Source: a virus (Duplodnaviria; Caudoviricetes). Taken from it: a stretch of DNA of 64,000 bases. The stretch covers positions 1 to 64,000 of IMG/VR virus record IMGVR_UViG_2667528183_000003, one strand, 5' to 3'. Made by a program: the position numbers and the translations under genes. Positions within the stretch are counted from its first letter, which is position 1; each line of letters begins with the position of its first letter. Of this stretch, positions 55,241 through 63,273 are shown piece after piece. The notes below the pieces were generated by a model. The model ran no database searches. It saw only the letters and a list, made by a program, of their open reading frames with translations, and had not been told where the DNA came from.

Positions 55241-55999
55241 TCAGTCGGTAACTTCACCGCCCGCAGAGACGTGCGCATGCTTGCCCTGGGGGTCAAGTGC
55301 GTCGAATTGGGAGCGGGAGATAGATTTCTTGCCATTACCGCCATTCCCACCGTTGTTTTGAGCACCGGAGCCGGAAGCCCCAGAGCCTTTCAAGATGTGA
55401 TCGCGGTGCGGGTATTGCTCAACAAGCGTTTCGATTGCTTCGTCGAAGTCAGCGACTTCGCCGGGGCGGGCACGGCTGTAGATCTTTTGGCCGTGTTGGT
55501 CGTAGGCGACGGTTTTTCCGTCCTCGACTTTGAAGGCGGCGCCGAATTTGGATTGAACAAGGTCTGCAGGGATTGCCAGCTTCTCGCCGATGTACTTGGA
55601 ACGACTGAATGCACCGCCGATCTTTTCTTCGTAGAGCTGCTTTTCGAAGGCTTGGGCCTTGGCGGACAACTCATCAACCTGACCCTGGTAGGCCTTGCTG
55701 ATTTCGTTGCGCACCACGTCGATCTCGCCGGCATCCACCAGCTTCTTCTGATCGAGCTTCGACACGATATCCAGGGCTTTCTTGGCGGCAGCGCCATCCG
55801 CGATCCCCTCGAATGCCTTCAGGGCCGTCTCAGCGGCCTCCTTGCCTTCTCGGTGGGTCTTGGCCTCAGCGTTTAGCCGGGCGATCGTGTTGACGGTGCC
55901 AGGAGCGTCAAATGCGACCTCCTTGCCATCGTCGTGCACGTAAACCGGTTTGCCGTCTTGCAGTACAACGTGGCCTTGGTCGTCCAGTTTCAGTTTCAT
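55241..55999 (-). CDS. Capsid scaffold protein
   Basis: Charged helical protein (QDGKPVY...ADFDEA) between portal and coat. Confidence 0.8.
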   Translation of the reverse strand: MKLKLDDQGHVVLQDGKPVYVHDDGKEVAFDAPGTVNTIARLNAEAKTHREGKEAAETALKAFEGIADGAAAKKALDIVSKLDQKKLVDAGEIDVVRNEISKAYQGQVDELSAKAQAFEKQLYEEKIGGAFSRSKYIGEKLAIPADLVQSKFGAAFKVEDGKTVAYDQHGQKIYSRARPGEVADFDEAIETLVEQYPHRDHILKGSGASGSGAQNNGGNGGNGKKSISRSQFDALDPQGKHAHVSAGGEVTD

Positions 56000-56119
56000 T
56001 GATGCATCTCCGGGCATCCGCCCATTTGTTGAGCCATCCGGCCCGGCGCGGCGCTATCCATCCGGAATTGCGCCCATAAAAAAGCCCCGGCAGATGCCAG
56101 GGCTGAATTTGGTGTTTGT

Positions 56120-57508
56120 TTACTGCTGCGCGGTGTTCGGCGGTGCGACTTTTGCCGGCTGCGCGGCCACTTTGGCCTTCTCTTCATCCCAGTCCAACTC
56201 ATCGCTGAGCAAGCCGCGGCGCTGCACTTCCTCGAAAAGGCTTTGGTCAGACAAAATCCGCGCCTTGTTGAGGCTCAGCAGGAACGGCATTGTCAGTTCA
56301 GGGGCGAAATCAATGTCGAAGTTGCCCTTGACCTTGACGTGGCCACCTTCCGGCAACCCCATCCACAAGGCGAAGAACTGCAGGACTTGATCAAGTGCGT
56401 CCTCAAGCTGGCCGGCCATGGTTTGGAGCGGGCTCATCTCTTGGGCCGCCTCTTCCTCGGACTGGGAAGCGGTCTTGATAGTCTGCCGCTCGCGCTGGAG
56501 TAGCTTGGCTCCGGCCAGGCGCATGTCCTCAACGAGGTCCTGCAACGACTGCCGTCCGGCTTCAATCGCTTTGCCAGTGTGTTCTACCCACTTCATTTCG
56601 CAGTCTTTGGGCAGCAGGGTCGCAGCGCCCGCGCCCACGGTGATCAGCGATCCATCATCAATCCCCGAAACTGCAAGCATCGGCACCCGGGCGACATGCA
56701 GGATGTTGTCCTGGTCGCTCTGTGACTGCCAGTGCTTGACGTTCATGTTCGCCAGCTCAAGCAGTGGCGGCGTAGCGGTGAGAAAGCCTGTGCGCTTGGT
56801 GTAGAAGGTCGCCAGCGGTATCACTGGAAGGCTGGTAGCGCCCTCTTCGTACAGCATCCAGACCTTTTTGCCCTTTCCGTCTTCAACCTCGCGGTAAGTT
56901 GCCCATGCGCCAGGCACCAGGACCCGAATCTGGTCGATGTTCTTGCACCCGAAGGCGCCATCATCAACCTCGACCGACTCCATGTAGCGAAATTGGGTCA
57001 AGAAGATCTGGCCGCCACGCGGTTCTGACCTCCAACCAAGGACTTGGCCTGGCTTGATGATCACACCATAAGGGCGGACGCCGGCCGATTTTTCATCAGC
57101 CTTGGTCTTGAGCCCCTCCGCCGGCGGATAGTCGACCAAGACATGGCACAGACCGTGCGAAAGCCCAGTGCTGAATAGTGACTGAGCCCATACCTGCAGA
57201 TTGTTGCCCTGCCTGTCGAAGTCCTCAGCCATCTCCTCGATCTGTTTGGAGATGTCATCGCAAAAGGCAATCGGGTCCGAGAACACTCGGCCGGTCATGT
57301 TCTGCACCGTCTCGCTGTACGCGGGCAGCAGCGTTGAGGTGTTCAGCCTCGCCTGGTAAGCGTCAGCCTCCTCCTTCGGCCATTGTGGCAAGAACTTCTT
57401 GCCGGCCTCGCGCATCGCCCGGGTTCCGCCCATCAGAACGTCAACGATGGCCCAGTCTTTACGCATGGCATCCACTGCGGGCAGCGTTTTGCTCGGGTCA
57501 TCACTCAT
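56120..57508 (-). CDS. Portal protein (DUF4055-like)
   Basis: LMGGTRAMREAG..FLP and PPLLELA..N..HWQ motifs; follows the terminase. Confidence 0.88.
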   Translation of the reverse strand: MSDDPSKTLPAVDAMRKDWAIVDVLMGGTRAMREAGKKFLPQWPKEEADAYQARLNTSTLLPAYSETVQNMTGRVFSDPIAFCDDISKQIEEMAEDFDRQGNNLQVWAQSLFSTGLSHGLCHVLVDYPPAEGLKTKADEKSAGVRPYGVIIKPGQVLGWRSEPRGGQIFLTQFRYMESVEVDDGAFGCKNIDQIRVLVPGAWATYREVEDGKGKKVWMLYEEGATSLPVIPLATFYTKRTGFLTATPPLLELANMNVKHWQSQSDQDNILHVARVPMLAVSGIDDGSLITVGAGAATLLPKDCEMKWVEHTGKAIEAGRQSLQDLVEDMRLAGAKLLQRERQTIKTASQSEEEAAQEMSPLQTMAGQLEDALDQVLQFFALWMGLPEGGHVKVKGNFDIDFAPELTMPFLLSLNKARILSDQSLFEEVQRRGLLSDELDWDEEKAKVAAQPAKVAPPNTAQQ

Positions 57509-57510
57509 AT

Positions 57511-58995
57511 TCACATTCTCAGAGGTTCTTGGGTCGCGGTGCGAACGCGCTTAGTCTTGGCCACAGCGAAGTATCGGAAGCTGTCTGAGCCGTGCGATGT
57601 CTTGTCGTGAAGCGGTTTGTCTTTCCAGCAGCCGCGGTTGTCGTCCCACTCCTTGCGGTAGTTTTCGAGGTGGCCGATGCCTTCTTCGCACTTAGACTCG
57701 TCGAATACGCAGAGAGGGAGGATCTCCCGCACCGCCTCGATGCCGGTATCTATGGCCGCCTTTGGAACGACCTGGAACTTGATGGAGTAGCGCTCGCCAT
57801 CGATCACATATCCCTCTTTGGCAATGTCCTTGCGGCTCTTGGCGTCGCTGCCGAACTCACGGTTCTCGATGTCGTGCGGGCCCCAGTGCTCTGAGTAGGT
57901 GTAACCCTTGTCCTTCAGCACATTCATGTAGTGCCGCAGGCCCTCGCCGGAGTTCTCGTAGTAGTCGATGACGTGGTACTGCTCACCAACCTTGCGCACA
58001 AACCAAATGGCCGTGGAGTCGCCGACACCGATGTCCCAGAAGGTCATCACCGGCAAGTGGCTGTTGTCTGGTATCGAACCGATGCGCTGAGCGGTATACA
58101 GCTTGGTGAACTGCTGGGCGTAGTAGGCTCCTTCGATCGACTGCTGGAATGCTTCAGCCGGTATCGACGGGTACTCCCGCTTCATGTCGTCGCCGAGGGT
58201 CTTCTCTTTGGCGCTGTACCAGGCGCGCTGGCCTGGATTCGTGACGATCCCGTGCTTGGCGCCCAGGTCGTCGAAATACTTGGTCAGCCGGTCCGGGATG
58301 ACGACGTCGGTCGGATCAAGCCAATAGAGCGGGTTCCGCCACCAGCTGAAGAAGAAGAACTTCCAGTCCAGCAGGCCCAGAGGGACGCCGGCCAGTTGCT
58401 GCTTCTCGGCAGACTGGCTGTAGTCGAAGAAGTACCCAGCCCGGCCCTCAGCCGTCGATTCGATGGTGACAAAGCACTCAGCAGCCACGGCCTCGAAAGC
58501 GCCTGTGACGATCTCACGCGCCTTGTGTGGGAACTTGGCGCAGATCTTCCCGAACTCGGACACATGCAGGTAGCGCAGCGTGCCGCCCCGGAAGGAGGTC
58601 GAGACGTACAGCGACCCGCCCTTGCTAAAAACCAGCTCGCCCGCGGCATCGTTGCGCGCAGGGTTGGCGGCTCGGATCTCTTTCGGCAGGTTGTCGTAGG
58701 CGTACTTCACCTTTTCCCGGAACAGGCGCTTGGCGTCGTTCAGGGTGTGGGCGATCAGGGCGCACTTGGCCGCTTCGAACAGGGCAGCATCCAGTTGGAC
58801 GATGCAGACAAGCGTGGTGAAGCCCAACTGCCGGGCCTTGAGGATGATGTTGCGGGTGTGCATCCCCTGGAAGTAGTCGACCTGCTCCTGCGTCATGCGG
58901 AAGCGGACCTTCTTGCCCTGCTTGTCCGTGATGAAGTAGAGGTTGTTTAGCCGCCAGAACCGGTCCCGGAGCAATTTCAGGTGCTCGGGCTTCAT
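57511..58995 (-). CDS. Terminase large subunit
   Basis: ILKARQLGFTT, LHVSE, IESTAEG, FWDIG and SHGSDSFRY motifs. Confidence 0.93.
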   Translation of the reverse strand: MKPEHLKLLRDRFWRLNNLYFITDKQGKKVRFRMTQEQVDYFQGMHTRNIILKARQLGFTTLVCIVQLDAALFEAAKCALIAHTLNDAKRLFREKVKYAYDNLPKEIRAANPARNDAAGELVFSKGGSLYVSTSFRGGTLRYLHVSEFGKICAKFPHKAREIVTGAFEAVAAECFVTIESTAEGRAGYFFDYSQSAEKQQLAGVPLGLLDWKFFFFSWWRNPLYWLDPTDVVIPDRLTKYFDDLGAKHGIVTNPGQRAWYSAKEKTLGDDMKREYPSIPAEAFQQSIEGAYYAQQFTKLYTAQRIGSIPDNSHLPVMTFWDIGVGDSTAIWFVRKVGEQYHVIDYYENSGEGLRHYMNVLKDKGYTYSEHWGPHDIENREFGSDAKSRKDIAKEGYVIDGERYSIKFQVVPKAAIDTGIEAVREILPLCVFDESKCEEGIGHLENYRKEWDDNRGCWKDKPLHDKTSHGSDSFRYFAVAKTKRVRTATQEPLRM

Positions 58996-58997
58996 GA

Positions 58998-59597
58998 TCA
59001 GGCGTCCTTCGATAATTCGTCTATCAGGCTCGACAGTTCGTCGGCATCGGCGGACTTCTCCTTCTCGTCCAGGCCGAATGCAGTGCGCTCGAGCACCTGC
59101 AGGTTCTTCATGGCCGACGACAGTTGAAAAAGGGTCTTGGCGTTGCTTGGCAGGGCCACTGCGGCGAGCATAGAACTTCGACGGAAGCCGCTTTCGTCGC
59201 CGGCGGTCTCGCGTTCAATCTCGTCTTCGATCTCTTCCCGGCGCTGAATGGTATTCAGCAGATCATCCATCAGCAGGTTCGCAAGGTTCGTGGCCTTGCG
59301 AATGTCTCGGCGATGACTGCGAACAACCGTCGCGCCCTCTTCCGCCGCCTCTTCGATGATCTCAGCGTCACGCTCCGGGTTCGCGCATTGGTCTTCGCGA
59401 ACTTCGCCGCGAACCAACTTATTGCGAACCTCTTTGCGCACCTGCTCGGAAAGGTCTCGCTCCCATCCGGCAGCTTTAGCCTTCTTGCGAATTGCGGTGT
59501 CGCTTATGCCATTGCGTTCGGCAATGGTCCTGATCGAAAGCGCGCCGGCCCGGTAGGCTCGTTCGATCGCCTCCCAGTCGGGCTGCTTGATATTCAT
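58998..59597 (-). CDS. Terminase small subunit
   Basis: PDWEAIERAYRAG.LSIR.IA HTH; immediately upstream of the large subunit. Confidence 0.82.
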   Translation of the reverse strand: MNIKQPDWEAIERAYRAGALSIRTIAERNGISDTAIRKKAKAAGWERDLSEQVRKEVRNKLVRGEVREDQCANPERDAEIIEEAAEEGATVVRSHRRDIRKATNLANLLMDDLLNTIQRREEIEDEIERETAGDESGFRRSSMLAAVALPSNAKTLFQLSSAMKNLQVLERTAFGLDEKEKSADADELSSLIDELSKDA

Positions 59598-59606
59598 GTC
59601 GAATCC

Positions 59607-60041
59607 TTAGTGGTCGCGGGCGATCTGAACTGTTCGAACCTTACCGCCGGTGTAGATGTCACGCTTCATCGCGGCGCGCACTGCGTCTTCTGCACTTGCC
59701 CCCATATCCATGGCAGCCAGGGCGTAGGCCGAACCGCTGCCAATGGCATCAGGGTTGGTCGGGTCGAGTTCCTGCTTCCAGACACCCGTCTTGTCGTCAT
59801 GGCCAACCATCAGCAGCTTGCCGTCGTGGACTGCATAGCCCGAGCACTCGACAGGAACTGGTGAAGGAGTGCCGAAGTAGGCCGCAATCAGGGCTTTCTC
59901 GTCGCACACGGCACCCGACAGGAAGAAGCTGACCCCATCCACTATCTGGCACTTCAGGCAGTCATCAGAAACGATTGCACCGCCACGGGTTTGGCGAGAG
60001 TCATAGGCGATCACGCCGTCTTTGTAGGCAATGGTCGTCAT
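59607..60041 (-). CDS. Minimal Ntn-hydrolase (proteasome-beta/HslV-like)
   Basis: Starts M-TTIAY; AYDSR, a downstream Lys, AIGSGSAYALAAM and RDIYTGG. Confidence 0.78.
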   Translation of the reverse strand: MTTIAYKDGVIAYDSRQTRGGAIVSDDCLKCQIVDGVSFFLSGAVCDEKALIAAYFGTPSPVPVECSGYAVHDGKLLMVGHDDKTGVWKQELDPTNPDAIGSGSAYALAAMDMGASAEDAVRAAMKRDIYTGGKVRTVQIARDH

Positions 60042-60217
60042 AGCTTGGCCTCATCCGGCGGTTCGATCTCGCGATACCTGATAGATCTCTGGGCCTGGGC
60101 CGCAAGCTTGTCTGCGTCGACCTCAAGGCCAGCCAGATAGGCGAAGGTGTGCACAGACTGCGCATAGAGCCGGAACCACCAGGGGATATAGACCTGGAGG
60201 TAGATTTTCTTGGCCAT
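60038..60217 (-). CDS. Small hypothetical protein
   Basis: 59 aa; ATGA overlap with the next gene. Confidence 0.55.
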   Translation of the reverse strand: MAKKIYLQVYIPWWFRLYAQSVHTFAYLAGLEVDADKLAAQAQRSIRYREIEPPDEAKL

Positions 60218-60231
60218 GGGAGCCACCAGTT

Positions 60232-60426
60232 TTAGAAACCGCGAGGATCAATCGTGATTTTTGGCTGAATCCTTGCTGCCAATGCCTGGGCAATCTTCGC
60301 CTGCAGTTCTTCTATGTTCTGCTGGCCGATATGCAGATCAAGTTCGCTCTTGATCACTTGCTCAACGTCTATGTGACTGAAGTCGATTTTTACCGATACG
60401 TTGAGGTGGCGAACGGTCTGGTTCAT
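60232..60426 (-). CDS. Small hypothetical protein
   Basis: 64 aa; TGATG coupling. Confidence 0.55.
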   Translation of the reverse strand: MNQTVRHLNVSVKIDFSHIDVEQVIKSELDLHIGQQNIEELQAKIAQALAARIQPKITIDPRGF

Positions 60427-60668
60427 CAGGAGTCACCAAGAATTTTCAGGCTATCCCCGTCCAAATAGAACGTGACAGTCACTGTTGGACAGGAACCTGG
60501 GAGGCTCTCGATGCAAACGCGTTGTTGCCCCGGGAGAAGGTCGCCGTGCTCGGTGTAAAGTGCAAACGGACGAGAATTTTCCTGATCGGCCAGGGACCGG
60601 ATCATTTCTGCATCGCCAATGGCATGAACATGCACAAGACGAGGAACACGCTTCAGGACCATCTTCAC
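60426..60668 (-). CDS. Small hypothetical protein
   Basis: 80 aa; GDLLPGQ...PTVTVTF. Confidence 0.6.
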   Translation of the reverse strand: MKMVLKRVPRLVHVHAIGDAEMIRSLADQENSRPFALYTEHGDLLPGQQRVCIESLPGSCPTVTVTFYLDGDSLKILGDS

Positions 60669-60690
60669 AAGGAGTCACCTTTGAATGGAG

Positions 60691-60954
60691 TTACAGCGCT
60701 TTTTTGGCCAGGGCTACAGCCTCGCTCCAGAAGACCGGGAGCTCATGGCCGAGAGCGGCCAGGATGGATTCCAGTTTGGCGATCAGGTCGGGCGCTGGAG
60801 CGACAGTGGACACAACTTCATCAATATCAGCTGCAGGTGCTGCAACGGATGGGAGTTCTACTGGCAGTTCGGACATGGCTGGAGCCTCGTTAAAGAGTTT
60901 CGCAATCCATGCGGGGAAAGTGATGCTCGCAAGCTTGGCAAAGGTGGCGCTCAC
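60691..60954 (-). CDS. Hypothetical protein
   Basis: 87 aa directly after the holin-linked membrane gene. Confidence 0.55.
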   Translation of the reverse strand: MSATFAKLASITFPAWIAKLFNEAPAMSELPVELPSVAAPAADIDEVVSTVAPAPDLIAKLESILAALGHELPVFWSEAVALAKKAL

Positions 60955-61284
60955 TTACTCACCTTCCTTTCGCTCAAGGTTGTTGAGGCATTGTTCACAG
61001 TGCAGGTATCGGCATAGCCATGACTTGACCATTGGCCAGTGGTTGGCAACAAACCAGTGCCTCAGGCCGGCCAATGCAAGCGCTCCGTGAAAGGTGACGC
61101 CGGCGGCGCTTGGGCTGAGGAACACGGTATCGCCGCGGGTCGCAATCGCGAATCCGGACACAGCGATGGCTGCGTAGATGATCTTGCCGACAATACCGTC
61201 TCTCACCTTGTGGCTCAGTACGCACCACATCGCCCAGATAGCAATGATGGAGATAAAAGCCGTGCTCAATGTTTGAAGGCTCAT
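60955..61284 (-). CDS. Membrane protein (second holin-like gene)
   Basis: Three TM segments; WCVLSHKVRDGIVGK; GGAGG SD. Confidence 0.7.
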   Translation of the reverse strand: MSLQTLSTAFISIIAIWAMWCVLSHKVRDGIVGKIIYAAIAVSGFAIATRGDTVFLSPSAAGVTFHGALALAGLRHWFVANHWPMVKSWLCRYLHCEQCLNNLERKEGE

Positions 61285-61287
61285 GAA

Positions 61288-61608
61288 TTAACCCCCTCCG
61301 AACTTCGAGCGGATAAGCGCCCAGATGTCGGCGGACTTGATAGCGCGGTTGATGGCGGTCATAAGCGACCCACCGAAGGCTCCCAATAGGAAGCCGACAC
61401 CAGCCACATTGCTGGGGTCCACGATTCCGAGGTAGGCGCTTACCATCCCGGTCAGATACAGGGCGCAGGCAACACCTGTGATCAGGAAGACCACCCAGGC
61501 CCTCCAATCAGTCAAGTCGTCTTTATGCCACCAGCTTGCAACGATGGCCCCAAACAGGCCTGCAATGATCCACTCGGCCCTGTCGAGCACGCGATGAAGG
61601 AATTCCAT
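61288..61608 (-). CDS. Holin
   Basis: 106 aa with three TM segments; first gene of the late operon. Confidence 0.75.
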   Translation of the reverse strand: MEFLHRVLDRAEWIIAGLFGAIVASWWHKDDLTDWRAWVVFLITGVACALYLTGMVSAYLGIVDPSNVAGVGFLLGAFGGSLMTAINRAIKSADIWALIRSKFGGG

Positions 61609-61640
61609 GCGCTCGACCTCTCAGTTGCATGTGTGTTGAA

Positions 61641-61668
61641 TAAAAAAGGCCGCAGTGTGAGCGGCCAA
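61641..61668 (-). terminator. Third terminator in the late leader
   Basis: GGCCGC-TCACACT-GCGGCC-TTTTTT on the minus strand. Confidence 0.7.
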
Positions 61669-61748
61669 ACTGCTGGGGAGCAGCGGATGATAGGTCAGCC
61701 CCTGCGGCACTCCCGGCTAGTCGCAACAGGTGTGGAGGAGCTGAAAAC

Positions 61749-61775
61749 AAAAAACCCAGCGGGAAGGCTGGGCTT
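61749..61775 (-). terminator. Second terminator in the late leader
   Basis: GCCCAGC-CTTCCC-GCTGGGT-TTTTT on the minus strand. Confidence 0.72.
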
Positions 61776-61780
61776 TGGAA

Positions 61781-61889
61781 TGGGTGCAGATGGCCGGTAC
61801 TGATCTCCGGCATGAACAGTTCGAAAGCGACCCGTGGGCCCACGGTGTTCAGCGTCGTCACTACGCATCAGTCTGCGCATTCATCTGCA
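61781..61889 (-). ncRNA. tRNA-like structured RNA candidate (109 nt, CCA end)
   Basis: 8-bp closing stem TGCAGATG/CATCTGCA then C-CCA; 6-bp D-like arm and 5-bp T-like arm with complementary loops. Confidence 0.62.
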
Positions 61890-61895
61890 TAAAGC

Positions 61896-61924
61896 AAAAA
61901 GCCCGACTCAATGGCCGGGCTTTT
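61896..61924 (-). terminator. tR'-like terminator
   Basis: AAAAGCCCGG-CCATTGAG-TCGGGCTTTTT on the minus strand. Confidence 0.72.
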
Positions 61925-61967
61925 AATCATCCATCATCTGCACACGCACGAATGACAGGATGGATAA

Positions 61968-61996
61968 ATACTACGAAATGGCGAAATTTAAAGCAA
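61968..61996 (-). promoter_or_regulatory. pR'-like late promoter
   Basis: TTGCTT-17 nt-TAGTAT downstream of Q and upstream of tandem terminators. Confidence 0.68.
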
Positions 61997-62003
61997 GCAG
62001 TAT

Positions 62004-62354
62004 TTATTCCATCGCTTTGCCGATCTCGGCGGCGGCACGAACGATTGCACGGCGTATCCTCGCCATGTGGTCATGAGGGCCATATTCGCTCTCTGCAGCG
62101 CATGCTGAAGGGATTGCTCCATATACGGTTTTTGCTTCTATCCCGCGGCCATCGCAACTCACTATCAGCCCTGTCGCAGCAGCAAGCCTCAATGCATCGC
62201 CATCATCGACAAGAGGGTTCCAATAATGGCCGCTACTCCAGTCATTAGGCCCGTAAAAGCTGGCCCCTAGCCGGTCTGCTGGGTCGTCAATTTCTAGACA
62301 CTCTCCGCCTATCGCCTTAGCCGCCAGCTCCAGCAGTTCGCGGTCGGTCATCAT
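62004..62354 (-). CDS. Conserved phage hypothetical protein
   Basis: MTDRELLELAAKA...WNPL.DDGDALRLA...RRAIVRAAAEIG. Confidence 0.75.
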   Translation of the reverse strand: MMTDRELLELAAKAIGGECLEIDDPADRLGASFYGPNDWSSGHYWNPLVDDGDALRLAAATGLIVSCDGRGIEAKTVYGAIPSACAAESEYGPHDHMARIRRAIVRAAAEIGKAME

Positions 62355-62611
62355 GGCTTTCCTGGTCTTTTGTGGCATCTCTGAAGCTTATGACTCAGCC
62401 AAGCAACCATCCGCTCAAGGCGCAGGGCCTTGAATATCGCAGTCTTGAGTTCTTCGGCGGCCCGATGCATGCGAAACCGCTCAAATTCGGCTTGTATGCC
62501 CGGACCTAAATATTTCCCTTGCCTATCTTTTTCGAAAACCTGCATACGCATTTTCTCTGAAAATCCATTGAGAAACTGAACCTCAAACTCTTCCTGCGCC
62601 TTGTCGCTCAT
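62351..62611 (-). CDS. Hypothetical protein
   Basis: 86 aa; ATGA overlaps at both ends. Confidence 0.6.
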   Translation of the reverse strand: MSDKAQEEFEVQFLNGFSEKMRMQVFEKDRQGKYLGPGIQAEFERFRMHRAAEELKTAIFKALRLERMVAWLSHKLQRCHKRPGKP

Positions 62612-63273
62612 GCCGCTTGCTCCCCAAGTACGCCGGCCGCCTCAAGCAGCAATTGTGCTTCCACCAGCGCATCATCCACAAGACTTTCCAGGGCCTTCTT
62701 GATGGCCTTGTTCCAGAGCTGGTAAGTGCGCTCGCTCATTCCCTGGTTGTCCCAGGTGTTCATGTCGTAGTTGGAATCAGCCAGAACGATCATGTCACTG
62801 GAGCGGGAACCTGCTTTTTGCTCTTCCTTGGCGTTTGCGCGCCTGATAGCGGCCTTTGCGGCTTCCACGCGCCATGACGGCACACCTTCGTCGAACTCGG
62901 GCGTCCTGGCCTTCACAGGCTCCTTGCGCACACCCTTGATCTGAGGGATGGCCCAGGCTGTCACGGCCTTGCGGGTGAAAAGTGCCGGCGCTGGGCTGGT
63001 AACGATTGCCACCAAGCGGCCTGTCGCCTCAATTTTGCGCCCGTTGTGAGTGCTGAACTTGGCCGTCAGGGCATTCCAGTGCCGCGGCGAAAGTTGCGCA
63101 TGGAGAACCTTGTGCACCATGCAATCGATCAGCAACGCGGCATCCTTGCCTGTGATTTCACCTTTCAGCTTGCTGGCCTGCACCTTTGGCTCAAAGTCGC
63201 ACCCACCGGCCGAGTTGATGGTTTCGGCGGCCAGAGCCCGAACAACAGCGGATATCACGTTGCGATAGATCAT
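62608..63273 (-). CDS. Late antiterminator Q-like protein
   Basis: Position before the late promoter and terminators; LSPRHWNAL.AKFS and ERTYQLW...LESLV..A motifs. Confidence 0.65.
   Translation of the reverse strand: MIYRNVISAVVRALAAETINSAGGCDFEPKVQASKLKGEITGKDAALLIDCMVHKVLHAQLSPRHWNALTAKFSTHNGRKIEATGRLVAIVTSPAPALFTRKAVTAWAIPQIKGVRKEPVKARTPEFDEGVPSWRVEAAKAAIRRANAKEEQKAGSRSSDMIVLADSNYDMNTWDNQGMSERTYQLWNKAIKKALESLVDDALVEAQLLLEAAGVLGEQAA

Noticed and set aside
54092-55876. 594-aa + strand ORF, and similar long ORFs at 57931-58950, 12423-13478 and 30406-31440
   Set aside because: They are antisense shadows of well-supported capsid, scaffold, terminase and istA genes in GC-rich DNA, with no recognisable motifs.
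61781-61889. Canonical tRNA or tRNA-Sec
   Set aside because: Despite the 8/5 stem geometry and CCA, there is no TTCRA T-loop and no 7-nt anticodon loop; it is kept only as a tRNA-like candidate.
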